The notes under the pieces were generated by a model that did no database searches, was not told the DNA's origin, and worked only from the letters and a program-made list of their open reading frames with translations. A DNA stretch of 64,000 bases from assembly GCA_040900375.1 (NCBI GenBank), contig JBBDZC010000003.1, positions 64,586 to 128,585 of the forward strand, written 5' to 3'. The translations under genes and the position numbers were made by a program. Of this stretch, positions 38,599 to 48,753 are shown one piece after another; the stretch's first letter is position 1; each line of letters begins with the position of its first letter. Source of the stretch: Candidatus Anderseniibacteriota bacterium (lineage in GTDB: Bacteria; Patescibacteriota; Andersenbacteria; UBA10190).

Positions 38599-40048
38599 AT
38601 TCCTTAAAAAGCCGCGTCTCTCGCCTGATACAGTTGCGCTCTTGCTCCTCCTAGGCCTGTGCCTAGTCGCCAACAGTATGTATCTCCACCGCGTGCCTGG
38701 GCTTTTGGGTGATGAGGGTTCAGAAGGGGAAAATGTATTCAATATTTTGGACACCAAGAAGCTAACGGTTGTTGGTGAACGCTCGTACATTGGCCCGTTG
38801 ATTGACTATGTCCGCATCCCAGCTGTGCTCCTTGTCGGTTTTAACGCTCTGTCCCTGCGGCTCATCATGTTGCTGGCCACGCTTGTGATGTTCATCGTGG
38901 CCGCCTCTGTACTACGAAAGTTGTTTGGTACGAGTGCCTCTTTGTATATTCTTACCTTTCTCTTTTTCTCCCCCATCTATCTTCTCTACCAACGGCTGGG
39001 TTGGGCTATTACGCTCATTCCTCTGGGAATAATCCTCATGCTCTGGACCTGGCAACAGGCCTGGCACAAGCGCTCCCTTGTAGTGGGCTTACTAGGGGGC
39101 TTGTCTTTAAGTAACCATTTTATCTTCTTGCCCTCACTCGTGGCTGTCGCGGCTCCTTTTGCCCTAGGCACACTTCTCAAGCCGCACCAGGCTAAGCAGT
39201 GGCTCTTGGCCGGTGTTGGATTCTGGGCAATGTTTGGCACCCAGTTTGCGGTTTTAAGTCTAGCTCCTGAAGACCAAGGTGACCCTAGTGAGGTCGTCAG
39301 TAGTGTTGGTGAGCGGCTCGCGCAACTACCAACGGTGCTACCTGGTTTACTCTCTGGTTCAGCATACTCTGCGCTCTACACGGGCGAACCCTTTCCTGCC
39401 CTTTCCATCACCCTGATTACTGTCAGCCTTGCCCTTCTTGCAAGTCTTGCCCTTCTCTTGAGCGAGCGGCGGCGATATGTCCTTGTGTGGGTACTCTGTA
39501 CTATCCTCCAGCTGGTAGTTTTAAACCTAATAATTGATCGGTTCGCCGTGCGATATTTTGTAATTGCTGTTTTAAGCACCTGGGCGCTGGCTGGCTACGG
39601 ATTCTACGCCATTATTAAACGAGTGGCGCCCTCGTCAGTCCGTCTCCATGGCGTGCTGCCAGTGCTTATTGCCCTTGGTTTCATCACCGCCGCTGGTGTC
39701 ACTACCCTGCAGCCATATCTAAAAACTGGTGGCAGTACTGCTCCTGTTGTCCTGACCCCCCAGCGCTCGGAACAAGCCGCCGCTTTTGTCGCCCTCGATC
39801 CACTCCTGGCGTGCGTGCGAGGAGCGGGTCCAGTCTTCGCCGAAGACATTCATATCTACAACCGCCTCTATTATCTCCAACATAGTTTAAATGATTTAGT
39901 CGTGCCGCTTGAGAGCTCTACGGCCCGCTGGCTGGTAGCGTACCGAGAGCCCCAGGAGATGAGCCCCCGCGCCGATGAACGCTGTCCTGACCTAGCGCAT
40001 TTCCGAGTGACGCCGTATGTCACCACCCCAGACTCGATTGAGGAATGA
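38591..40048 (+). CDS. Polytopic membrane protein, putative GT-C glycosyltransferase
   Basis: PGLLGDEG loop, SYIGP, SLRL, RYF, about 11 TM helices. Start set at ATG 38591. Confidence 0.7.
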   Translation: MIRFLKKPRLSPDTVALLLLLGLCLVANSMYLHRVPGLLGDEGSEGENVFNILDTKKLTVVGERSYIGPLIDYVRIPAVLLVGFNALSLRLIMLLATLVMFIVAASVLRKLFGTSASLYILTFLFFSPIYLLYQRLGWAITLIPLGIILMLWTWQQAWHKRSLVVGLLGGLSLSNHFIFLPSLVAVAAPFALGTLLKPHQAKQWLLAGVGFWAMFGTQFAVLSLAPEDQGDPSEVVSSVGERLAQLPTVLPGLLSGSAYSALYTGEPFPALSITLITVSLALLASLALLLSERRRYVLVWVLCTILQLVVLNLIIDRFAVRYFVIAVLSTWALAGYGFYAIIKRVAPSSVRLHGVLPVLIALGFITAAGVTTLQPYLKTGGSTAPVVLTPQRSEQAAAFVALDPLLACVRGAGPVFAEDIHIYNRLYYLQHSLNDLVVPLESSTARWLVAYREPQEMSPRADERCPDLAHFRVTPYVTTPDSIEE

Positions 40049-40204
40049 AGCCGCCCCCGCTAGGTTACGCGGGGTATCCTAACTCCGCCCAAGCTTCGCT
40101 CTTGCGAGACAGGGCGGCTGCGTTGCTTAAGGAATCGGCGGAGCCGACTCCTTAAGGGAACCCCCCATCCCCGCCACAAGTGGCGGGATTTACGGGGGCA
40201 TTAA
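40044..40204 (+). repeat. Structured intergenic repeat, copy 2
   Basis: Hairpins CCCCGC/GCGGGG, CCGCCC/GGGCGG, CTTAAGGAATCGGC/GCCGACTCCTTAAG and CCCGCCAC-AA-GTGGCGGG. Confidence 0.9.
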
Positions 40205-40217
40205 GCAAAAAGATCGT

Positions 40218-42095
40218 TTACTGGTATGACCGCTGGGCAATCCATCGGTCATACCAGAGCTGCCATGTTAGTAATGTCCATAACTTTTTACGGTGATCGT
40301 GCCGACCGCGCTTATGCTCATAAAGCAAGCGTTGCACGGCTGCAGGCTGCAATACCCCGTCAGCAGCCAGCTTAGATGAATTGAGAACAGTTGTTGCCCA
40401 GTCATAGAGCGGCCCTTTGAGCCAGTAGCCTAAAGGAATGCCAAATCCTTTTTTGGGCCGATCAATAATTTCAGCCGGAATGCGACCGCGCATAATCTTT
40501 TTTAAAAGATATTTATTACGCTTCAAATGCGCGGGTAGGCGCATAACAAATTCCGCCAGATCAATATCTAAGAAAGGCGTACGCGCCTCTAATGACACCA
40601 TCATCGCCGCCCGATCAAGCTTAACCAAAATGTCGTTGTGTAAATAATGAACGACCGTTAGCAGCGACACTGCATCCAGGGTCTCCAGCTGACTCATCCG
40701 CGGCGCTAAAGCCTCGATGTCGGAAAATAAACTGCCCGGTGTGTGCCACTGCGGCTGGAGTAAATCTTGCATTTCTCGCTCTGTAAATGAACCAAGCCAT
40801 ATTTGATTACGGCTGCCCAGGGGATAGCCTAAACCTTTAAGAAATGATTTGAGTTTAAAATCAAAGGAAAAATTGCTGTATTTTGGCGGATACAAATTGA
40901 CTACTTGCTGCAGTAAGATAGTCGCCCACGCTGGCAACCACCGCAAGCGCTCGGCCCAGATAGCCGCTGAAAAAGTGCCGTAGCCAGCAAAGAGTTCATC
41001 GCTGCCATCGCCATCGAGTCCCACTGTAATGTATCGCCGAGCAATCTTACTGACCTGATACATAGGTAGGAGTGAAGCATCGGCCAGCGGTATATCAATA
41101 CTGGGTCCTACCGCAGCGAGCGTCTCGTGAAAAGACTTAAGATTAAATTTCACCGTGTGGTGAATAGTCTGGAGAGCGCGAGCTGCCCCATAGGCATACT
41201 GCGATTCGTCAAAAGAGCGCTCATTAAAAGACACGGAAAATGAATGAGTCTGCTTCCCGGCGTCAGCCAGATAGGCCGTAATCGCCGTGGAATCTAACCC
41301 CCCGCTCAAGAAAACACCTACGGGCACATCAGCCACCTGGCGCCGGGAAATAGCCACCCTAAGCTTTTGTTCTAGTTGCTCACCAGCCTCGTCTTCCGAG
41401 GTAAACTGTCGCTTTGGCAGATATGTTGGCCGCCACCACTCGCGAACACTAAATTCCTTGTCCGTAACGAACGCGTAATGACCAAGCGGGATTTGGTGAA
41501 TATCGCGGTAGATGGTAGTCGGAGCGGGCACATATTCATATAAGAAATATTTACTGACGGCTGACGGCTGGAGCTGGCGTGATACCCGAGGATGAAGGAG
41601 TAGTGATTTTGGTTCCGAAGCAAACAAAAAAACGTGCGGATCATTAAAATAATAGAGGGGTTTCTTGCCAAATGGATCACGCGCGAGAATTAGCGTCTGC
41701 TGCTGGCGATTCCACCATGCAAAAGAAAACATCCCCCGCAATAGAGACAAAGCAGCGACACCTTGTCTCGCCAACAAATGGAGGAGGACTTCAGTATCAG
41801 AGGTTGAAACTAAAGGAACATCCCTAAGATATCGCTGCTGTAGTTCTCTAAAATTATAAATTTCACCATTAAAAACTATCGTATGCTGCCTATCAGGCGT
41901 GGACATCGGTTGTCGGGCGAGCGATGAAAGATCAAGAATGGCCAGCCGGCGGTGGGCCAATCCGAGATTACCATCAACATACAACCCCTGGTCATCCGGA
42001 CCACGGTGAGCGATCGCTGTTGCCATTGTTGACAATAGTGAAGTGTCAACGCCGTTTGCGCTTTGACGGTCCCACATGCCCACAATGCCGCACAT
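40218..42095 (-). CDS. asnB: Second AsnB-family amidotransferase
   Basis: MCGIVG start at 42095 (Ntn Cys1), HRGPD, FNGEIYN, LSGGLDS, GDGSDE. Confidence 0.95.
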   Translation of the reverse strand: MCGIVGMWDRQSANGVDTSLLSTMATAIAHRGPDDQGLYVDGNLGLAHRRLAILDLSSLARQPMSTPDRQHTIVFNGEIYNFRELQQRYLRDVPLVSTSDTEVLLHLLARQGVAALSLLRGMFSFAWWNRQQQTLILARDPFGKKPLYYFNDPHVFLFASEPKSLLLHPRVSRQLQPSAVSKYFLYEYVPAPTTIYRDIHQIPLGHYAFVTDKEFSVREWWRPTYLPKRQFTSEDEAGEQLEQKLRVAISRRQVADVPVGVFLSGGLDSTAITAYLADAGKQTHSFSVSFNERSFDESQYAYGAARALQTIHHTVKFNLKSFHETLAAVGPSIDIPLADASLLPMYQVSKIARRYITVGLDGDGSDELFAGYGTFSAAIWAERLRWLPAWATILLQQVVNLYPPKYSNFSFDFKLKSFLKGLGYPLGSRNQIWLGSFTEREMQDLLQPQWHTPGSLFSDIEALAPRMSQLETLDAVSLLTVVHYLHNDILVKLDRAAMMVSLEARTPFLDIDLAEFVMRLPAHLKRNKYLLKKIMRGRIPAEIIDRPKKGFGIPLGYWLKGPLYDWATTVLNSSKLAADGVLQPAAVQRLLYEHKRGRHDHRKKLWTLLTWQLWYDRWIAQRSYQ

Positions 42096-42101
42096 GCTGC
42101 A

Positions 42102-42118
42102 AGGGTAAAGTTTACCCT
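42102..42118. promoter_or_regulatory. Palindrome AGGGTAAA-G-TTTACCCT between divergent genes (bidirectional promoter or operator)
   Basis: Perfect 8-bp inverted repeat in a 65-bp divergent gap, giving TAAAGT (+) and TAAACT (-). Confidence 0.45.
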
Positions 42119-42160
42119 GCATCTTTGCAAAATAGATCCCTTCGGTGCGAAGATCAGAGA

Positions 42161-44452
42161 ATGGTCAATGATACAAATCTCCCCGCCATCACTACTTACC
42201 ATTATATCTTGCCCCTACTTATTGTAGGTTTATTTAGTCTCCTAACTTATGCAGTCTTTACGAAAGCTCCTCTTGAACACGAGGAACGCCCTGTCACTGA
42301 ATTTGATGCCAGCAGCCCACCCCTTGTTCTATCCGTCACCGAAACTACCTCTCACCGCTTCATTGCCCCAGGCGAAAAAATCACCGGCGTTGCTATCTAC
42401 GCGCAAGCCGCTCCCCCAGGCACGCTAAAACTTACCTTAACCAACGAAGCGAATAGGGATTCAGTAAGTAGTACAATCGCCGCGACCACCGTGCAAGGCA
42501 ACACTACTAAAATAACTATGCCGGTGTCTGGTCTGCAGACCAAAATTAAAGATCCGATTCTTTTGGAAATCACTCGCTTGCAAGGTCGCCCGCTCCCGCT
42601 GGCCACTAACCAGGCTGGTATCCTCACCTTCTCTTTGCGTATCCCTCTGCCCACTAGTTTCGGCGCCCAGCAAGGCGCTCTAGCCGGGATTGTTGTTCTT
42701 CTAGCACTACTGGCTACCCAACTTTTCCCACAACTACGCCTAACTATAGTTGTTCTTTTACTATGCCTACTCCCCCTTGTGGCGGTAGGCGGATTTTGGT
42801 TCTCCGATGAAGCGTGGGGGGTAGCTGACTGGGACTACCGTTTTTCTCTGCATGAAATCTACCGCCGCACTATACTTGTCTTCCACGAATTTCCTTTTTG
42901 GAACCCTTATACCTGCGGCGGTGCTGCCGGTCTTGCCGATCCTGAATTTTCAGTTTTCAGTGGTACGTTTTTTCTGGAATTACTCTTTGGGATACCGCGT
43001 GGTACAAAAGCGGCCATCTATGCCGGAATTGTCGTGATGAGCGTTGGCACTTTCACCTTAGCCCGGCACCTGCGGCTTTCCTGGCAAGCAGCTACCCTGG
43101 CAGCTATTATCACGACGTACAGTAGCGCGTTTATTCTCAAGATAGTTGAAGGCCATGTCACAATCGTCTACGCGTACATGTGGGTGCCATTGATATTCTG
43201 GTCTTGGTTAAATGCTTACGCCACCGCTTCCGCTAAGCCCGCGCGCTATAATCCCTGGAACTTGCTCTGTGGCGTCTTACTTACTCTCACCTTTTTCCAA
43301 GGAGGTGTTTACATTCTGTCATACACCCTTGGCGCCCTCCTAATCCTGGTCCTGCTGGTTAAGCACCCACGTCGGGCCGCGCGCGTCACGATCACGTCCG
43401 GCCTCTGGTTTGCCGGTCTAAGCAGTATTAAATTACTGCCTGTCATTGCTTGGCTGTACCACTTTCCCGATGATTTTTTTGTTCCCTCCACTCACACCCT
43501 TACCTATTTATCAGATATTTTTCTGCGGCGGCACCAACACGGCAGCTTTATTCTGCCGGCGCAACAGAGCGGCTGGCACGAATACGGTGCCTACGTGGGA
43601 TACGGCGTCCTCGCTCTTGGCTTGATAAGCCTCTCGCAACTCCGTCGCAGCCACCTTGTGCGGCCCTTGTTCATTGCTGTCCTGGCAAGCATCGTCGTCG
43701 CTTCCACCGGACCGTGGCTGATAACAGTTTTTGATATCATACCGTTTATCCCTCGCTCAAACATTTCCCGCGTAGCTCTTTTTACCGTTCTGTCGGGCGC
43801 GTTGCTGGCCGGCATTGGGCTTGATGTTCTCCGTCGCCGCTTTCCCTCTCGCTCTATGATCCCGCTGATGATCATCAGCTTCATTGCGATTGATCTCTTG
43901 AGTCTAAGTTACTCTATTTCCGAACAGGCCTTTATTATCCCGCCCCGCGTGCCTGCAGTTTCCCCGGCTCCAAAGCCGCTTGCTTATACAGAAGCAACTG
44001 ATACTGTTCGCCGCGCGGGCCATGATCACAATCGTGCTTATGCTTCGACGCTGGCCGGCTATGGTACATTTACCTTTTGTTCGGTACTTGGCCCGCAAGC
44101 TAGTGTTGCTACAATACAAAACAATGACATTCCCCCCACGGTCTACCGTAAACATGACAACCAGGCTATGAATATTACCCAGTGGTCACCCAATCAGTTG
44201 ACTGTCGCGGGGCCCGTCTCCGCCGACAGTACCGTCATTGTTAACATGAACTACGCGCCTGGTTGGCTTGCCAATAAACAGCCTGCCCACAGTGAATCAG
44301 GGCGGCTCGCTACCACCGTCAAGCAGAACGAAGATTCGATAGTCTTTACGTACCATCCCCCCCTGCTAAAGACCGGCCTCATCATTTCTCTAGGTACTAG
44401 TCTTACCGCCCTGGCTATGCTGCACCACAGGCGCCGCCACAAAGCACTATGA
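42161..44452 (+). CDS. YfhO-like GT-C membrane protein with an N-terminal extracytoplasmic domain
   Basis: WGVADWDY, FPFWNPYTCGG, EGH, WHEYGAYVG, NMNYAPGW. The ORF-track start at 41924 overlaps asnB, so 42161 is preferred. Confidence 0.78.
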   Translation: MVNDTNLPAITTYHYILPLLIVGLFSLLTYAVFTKAPLEHEERPVTEFDASSPPLVLSVTETTSHRFIAPGEKITGVAIYAQAAPPGTLKLTLTNEANRDSVSSTIAATTVQGNTTKITMPVSGLQTKIKDPILLEITRLQGRPLPLATNQAGILTFSLRIPLPTSFGAQQGALAGIVVLLALLATQLFPQLRLTIVVLLLCLLPLVAVGGFWFSDEAWGVADWDYRFSLHEIYRRTILVFHEFPFWNPYTCGGAAGLADPEFSVFSGTFFLELLFGIPRGTKAAIYAGIVVMSVGTFTLARHLRLSWQAATLAAIITTYSSAFILKIVEGHVTIVYAYMWVPLIFWSWLNAYATASAKPARYNPWNLLCGVLLTLTFFQGGVYILSYTLGALLILVLLVKHPRRAARVTITSGLWFAGLSSIKLLPVIAWLYHFPDDFFVPSTHTLTYLSDIFLRRHQHGSFILPAQQSGWHEYGAYVGYGVLALGLISLSQLRRSHLVRPLFIAVLASIVVASTGPWLITVFDIIPFIPRSNISRVALFTVLSGALLAGIGLDVLRRRFPSRSMIPLMIISFIAIDLLSLSYSISEQAFIIPPRVPAVSPAPKPLAYTEATDTVRRAGHDHNRAYASTLAGYGTFTFCSVLGPQASVATIQNNDIPPTVYRKHDNQAMNITQWSPNQLTVAGPVSADSTVIVNMNYAPGWLANKQPAHSESGRLATTVKQNEDSIVFTYHPPLLKTGLIISLGTSLTALAMLHHRRRHKAL

Positions 44453-46344
44453 CCAAACCTTTCGTACTCTTGAGTGCCAGTGGGATAGCGCTCGCTCTAG
44501 GGATAATCAATATCCTGGTAGTAACCGGCCTCAAAGACTTCGCTCTCCAGCAAGGAATTCGTGCCGCCAGCGTGACCCTGCTAGGACTGTTAGTAGTCGG
44601 CCTGCTGCCGCGCTGGCGCTATCCGGCAGCCGCCGCGCTCCTAGCGCTTATTATTCCTCTAGCGACCGCCGGCTTCTGGTTTTCCTACGGCCAATGGGGA
44701 ATTTCGGACTGGGACTACTATTTTTCTCTGCATGAGAATATTCGGCGAAGCATCGTTCAGTATCACGTGTTTCCGCTCTGGAATCCCTATACCTGCGGCG
44801 GGACTGCTGGTCTAGCCGACCCAGAGTTTTCTCTTTTTACTCCCACCTTTCTTCTCGAGCTCATTTTTGGCATACCAACCGGCTTCCGCCTGGCAATTTA
44901 CCTCGCTACCATCACCGGCGGCCTGGGCACGCTGATCTTGGCTCGCGCCATGCGCCTGCCGGCAACAGCTGGGTTTCTCGCCGCCTGTATCTTCTCCTTA
45001 AGTAGTGTTAATCTGCTCGAAATTGTCGAGGGGCATCCGAACATTTTTGCCGCCGGTTGGCTCCCCTGGATCTTTTGGAGTTGGCTCAAAGCCTACCAGG
45101 CGCCGGCTAAAACTTTCCTCCGCCAAAGTATACTCTGCGGCCTCTTTCTCGCTCTAACCTTCTTCCAGGGCGGGATTTATCTTCTTATGTACACTAGCTT
45201 GTCCTTTATAATCTTGCCGTTCCTGGTTAAAAGACCAAGACGCGCTATCCTCACTACCTTATACGCCGGACTATGGGCGGTAGGTTTAGCGGCGATTAAA
45301 CTGATCCCGGTCATGCTGTGGCTGCGGGAGTTTCAGGATAGTGTCTATGCCAGTTCAACCTACACCCTGCCCAACCTCCACCACATTCTCCTCGGGCGGT
45401 ATTTACACGGTGCTGAAGTATTACTGAACCAGGGCAGCGGTTGGCACGAATATGGGGCTTACATCGGCTACGGTACGGTAGTTTTGGCCCTCCTGGCGGC
45501 TCTGACTGGCTGGAAGTCACGTCTCGTACGCGGGTTAATTGTGGCGACCGTCCTCGCTCTCGTTATTTCCTCAATCGGGCCGTTCCTCAAACCCGTCTTC
45601 GACCACGCCAGTTTTCTACCGCGTTCTAATATTTCCCGGATCATTATTCTCGGTGTGCTGGCGCTGGCCCTCCTAGCTGGACACGGATTACATTTTCTGA
45701 TTTTCCGCCGTCCCCAAAGAAACTTGCTGCTAGCCCCCGTGATCATTGGCCTGATAGCGGTGGAACTAATGACACTGTCATATCAACTCTCTACCCAGGC
45801 GTTTGTCCTCCCGCCCGCTGCTATTTCCCCTGACCCCGCTCCCTCCCCGATTGCTTTTACTGCTCACCGATACGAAGTTCGCCACAACGGTTCTGATTAC
45901 ACACGCGCCTACGCGGCTACGTTAGCCGGCTACGGGACGCTCTCATATTGTTCGGTCTTATCACCACCCATCGCTGTCCGGACTATCCACGATGAAGAAG
46001 ACAAGGAAATAGTCTCGTTGCAGAAAGCTGCCACCTACACACTGGATCATTGGTCGCCTAATGAAGTCCACGTGAGGGTGACTACCCCCGTGGCGAGTGA
46101 TGTCATCATTAACACTAACTATGCCCGTGGTTGGCAGGTGAATAATCAACCTGCTCAAGAAATCGTCGGTCGGCCGGCAACCAGGGTCGCGCCCGGTACC
46201 CACCGCCTCATTTTTCATTACTCGCCGCCGGGATTGCTCCTCGGTATATTGCTGTCGAGCCTGACGATCATAGCCGCTGCTTACTTCCTAGGGCGATCTC
46301 GGCTACCCTACCGTTTCTTTGCTTCTGCCCATGACAAAGTATAG
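44449..46344 (+). CDS. YfhO-like GT-C membrane protein, tandem paralog of 42161..44452
   Basis: WGISDWDY, FPLWNPYTCGG, EGH, WHEYGAYIG, NTNYARGW. ATGA coupling to the upstream gene. Confidence 0.78.
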   Translation: MTKPFVLLSASGIALALGIINILVVTGLKDFALQQGIRAASVTLLGLLVVGLLPRWRYPAAAALLALIIPLATAGFWFSYGQWGISDWDYYFSLHENIRRSIVQYHVFPLWNPYTCGGTAGLADPEFSLFTPTFLLELIFGIPTGFRLAIYLATITGGLGTLILARAMRLPATAGFLAACIFSLSSVNLLEIVEGHPNIFAAGWLPWIFWSWLKAYQAPAKTFLRQSILCGLFLALTFFQGGIYLLMYTSLSFIILPFLVKRPRRAILTTLYAGLWAVGLAAIKLIPVMLWLREFQDSVYASSTYTLPNLHHILLGRYLHGAEVLLNQGSGWHEYGAYIGYGTVVLALLAALTGWKSRLVRGLIVATVLALVISSIGPFLKPVFDHASFLPRSNISRIIILGVLALALLAGHGLHFLIFRRPQRNLLLAPVIIGLIAVELMTLSYQLSTQAFVLPPAAISPDPAPSPIAFTAHRYEVRHNGSDYTRAYAATLAGYGTLSYCSVLSPPIAVRTIHDEEDKEIVSLQKAATYTLDHWSPNEVHVRVTTPVASDVIINTNYARGWQVNNQPAQEIVGRPATRVAPGTHRLIFHYSPPGLLLGILLSSLTIIAAAYFLGRSRLPYRFFASAHDKV

Positions 46345-48715
46345 CTTATTGGCAGGAAGCGTTGGCCTGGGATTGTTCGCGTTGCTCTGGCTGCTGTCCG
46401 TCAATCAACAAAACATCGTGACGCGCGGCATTGACGCTTACGAATACCACCGCCCTATCTTTGGCGGCCTCACCCAAGCGCAGGAAATAGTAATTACCCG
46501 TGAGCTGCGAGGGGTTGGTGCTATTCTCGTTAATCTGCGGCGCGCTGACAATATCCCTGATGTCCACGTGTCTATTACTGACATTCATACCCATCAGGAG
46601 TTAGCGACCGCTATAATCCCCAGCGCCAGTATTCAAGATGACCAGTTTACTACAGTCTCTCTGCCATCTCCCCTGGTTCTTGCCCAGCAAAATGTCCGTT
46701 TAACCTTTGCCGCCCGGGCCGCCACGAGCGCTAATCCCGTGGGCATTCGCTTCCATCCCGATGATCCCTATCCTGCGGGTTCTCGAATAGAGAAGGAGAT
46801 GTCCCAGCGTGGCGATCTGGCGCTTCTCCTTCTCGAACGTGTGCCGCTCTGGCGGTATATCGGCACAACAATTTCTAACCACCGCGAGCTTGCGACTATG
46901 CTGGCTGGCGCCACGTTGGTCGCTAGCCTTATTACAGCTCTAGCAAGCCGCTGGGGTTGGCGACGTCAACCCCAGCGGCAGCGCTTGATTGAGCTTGCCT
47001 GCCTCGGACTCTTAGCTCTCACTGGTACTATAGTTCGCTTCTTCCTCATTCCCCAATTCCATGGTGTCAGCGGTGGCGATCCTTATAATTACTTATTCAT
47101 CGCCCAAAAATTAGCTGATCTTGCCAATCCTTTTGAAGGCGTCAAACGACTGCCTGGTTACCCGCTGCTCTTGCTCCCTACGTTAGTCAGCAGCATTGAT
47201 ACCCAGTGGTGGATGCGTGCCTTAAGCGCGCTAGCTGCTGGCGGAAGTATTTTCTTGACCGGGCTACTTGCCCGCCGACTTCATTTCCCCTGGAGTGTCC
47301 AGGTTATAGCCGCTGTGCTACTAATATTCCAAAAAGATTTCCTGTGGACATCGTTGCGTCCTGAACCCTACACCCTGTACACATTTTTATTGTTACTAGC
47401 TCTTGTTTTATTTTTTAATTTACACCACCGCGCGGCCCAGCTAGCGTTTGGCATAACCTTGGGCTACGCGGCCATGACTCGCCAAGAGGGTTTTGTGGCC
47501 GCCGCAATTTTAGGTATCTTCGCCTTAATCTTCTGGCGGCAAATATTTCGTCAAGAGGCTCCGACGGGTACCACCCCCTGGTCGCGCCTGCTACCTCGTC
47601 GCCATGAATTTACATTGCTCCTGCGACAACTGTCCTGGTCATTCCTGCCCGCTCTCGTGGTTGTCTCACCGTTTTTCATTCATAACACTTTAGCCTTCGG
47701 TAATCCTTTCTACACCCCCTATTTCGAAGGTGAGCGGCTACAAATTGTTGACTCATGGCCAGCCTTCCAAGACAGCCTGGGCGCTACCTGGGGAATATTA
47801 AGCTCGCTGTGGCGTCCCTCTTGGGACCAGCTACACCGTATCCCCCTTAACGATCCCTTATTCATCACCGGTTTTATTCTTACCCTCCTATGGTGGGGCG
47901 TACAGCAGGTACCAATCCGCACCAAGCACAATTTTCTTACTCCGCTTGTCAGCGGCCTCTGGTTAGTACTATTGTTTGCCACTCTCTGGGTGGCCATCGT
48001 GCATCGGAGCATTTTTAATCACTTCATTACAACCATAACTGGCGGTATGTTACTTGCCAGTGTTATTCCCTTTATCTATGCTGGCCGATGGCGAGCAGTA
48101 ATAGTGCTAACTGTCGGCTTTGCACAACTACTCGTTGCGCTCTGGTTTCATCCTTTTGCTAAACATTACCAACAAATCTATCCCTTAACTGTTCTCCTCT
48201 TGGCTACTGCCATAGTAGCGCCGCGGCCAAAGCAAGTGTCACTAGCATCAAGTGCAGTTAGTTTAACCAGTAGAGACATAAGAGAAACACTGCTCGCCGC
48301 TACAAGCCGTATCAGCGCCTTAACGCCGCTCGTGCTCGTGATAGTCTTGCTCTTGGCTAGTCTCAAGCCAGAAATTGATGAATACAACCAGGCGACGGCG
48401 CTTGATTGGGTCGTATACCGGGCAGTGCGCCTCGCCGAGCAGCACCCTACTCCCACCGGTTTTGATCAAGCTTATTTACCAGCGCAGTTCACCTTTGGCA
48501 ATCACGCTTTCTACTTCTCCAGTGAAGATGAGCATACGATAGCGCAGGAGCAACAGTGGTTAGAGCAACACAGTATTCGCACGCTCGTAGTAACCAACCA
48601 CACTAAAGCCTTTAGAGAACTTGGCGCAAGTTGGCAACTTATCAAAAGCTTTCGGTCAGAAGGCAAAGATGAGTTTATGTTTGAGAGCCGAGTATACGTG
48701 CGCCCGGCGCCATGA
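46331..48715 (+). CDS. GT-C (PMT-like) glycosyltransferase with N-terminal beta domain
   Basis: GGDPYNY, RLPGYP, PEPY, MTRQEG, FGNPF. Start MTKYS at 46331. Confidence 0.75.
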   Translation: MTKYSLLAGSVGLGLFALLWLLSVNQQNIVTRGIDAYEYHRPIFGGLTQAQEIVITRELRGVGAILVNLRRADNIPDVHVSITDIHTHQELATAIIPSASIQDDQFTTVSLPSPLVLAQQNVRLTFAARAATSANPVGIRFHPDDPYPAGSRIEKEMSQRGDLALLLLERVPLWRYIGTTISNHRELATMLAGATLVASLITALASRWGWRRQPQRQRLIELACLGLLALTGTIVRFFLIPQFHGVSGGDPYNYLFIAQKLADLANPFEGVKRLPGYPLLLLPTLVSSIDTQWWMRALSALAAGGSIFLTGLLARRLHFPWSVQVIAAVLLIFQKDFLWTSLRPEPYTLYTFLLLLALVLFFNLHHRAAQLAFGITLGYAAMTRQEGFVAAAILGIFALIFWRQIFRQEAPTGTTPWSRLLPRRHEFTLLLRQLSWSFLPALVVVSPFFIHNTLAFGNPFYTPYFEGERLQIVDSWPAFQDSLGATWGILSSLWRPSWDQLHRIPLNDPLFITGFILTLLWWGVQQVPIRTKHNFLTPLVSGLWLVLLFATLWVAIVHRSIFNHFITTITGGMLLASVIPFIYAGRWRAVIVLTVGFAQLLVALWFHPFAKHYQQIYPLTVLLLATAIVAPRPKQVSLASSAVSLTSRDIRETLLAATSRISALTPLVLVIVLLLASLKPEIDEYNQATALDWVVYRAVRLAEQHPTPTGFDQAYLPAQFTFGNHAFYFSSEDEHTIAQEQQWLEQHSIRTLVVTNHTKAFRELGASWQLIKSFRSEGKDEFMFESRVYVRPAP

Positions 48716-48753
48716 TAGGATAGGAGCAACATTTTTAACAGTCACTAAAACTT

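Noticed and set aside
41924-42160. N-terminal extension of the 842-aa ORF
   Set aside because: It is antisense to the conserved asnB N-terminus; ATG 42161 is more plausible.
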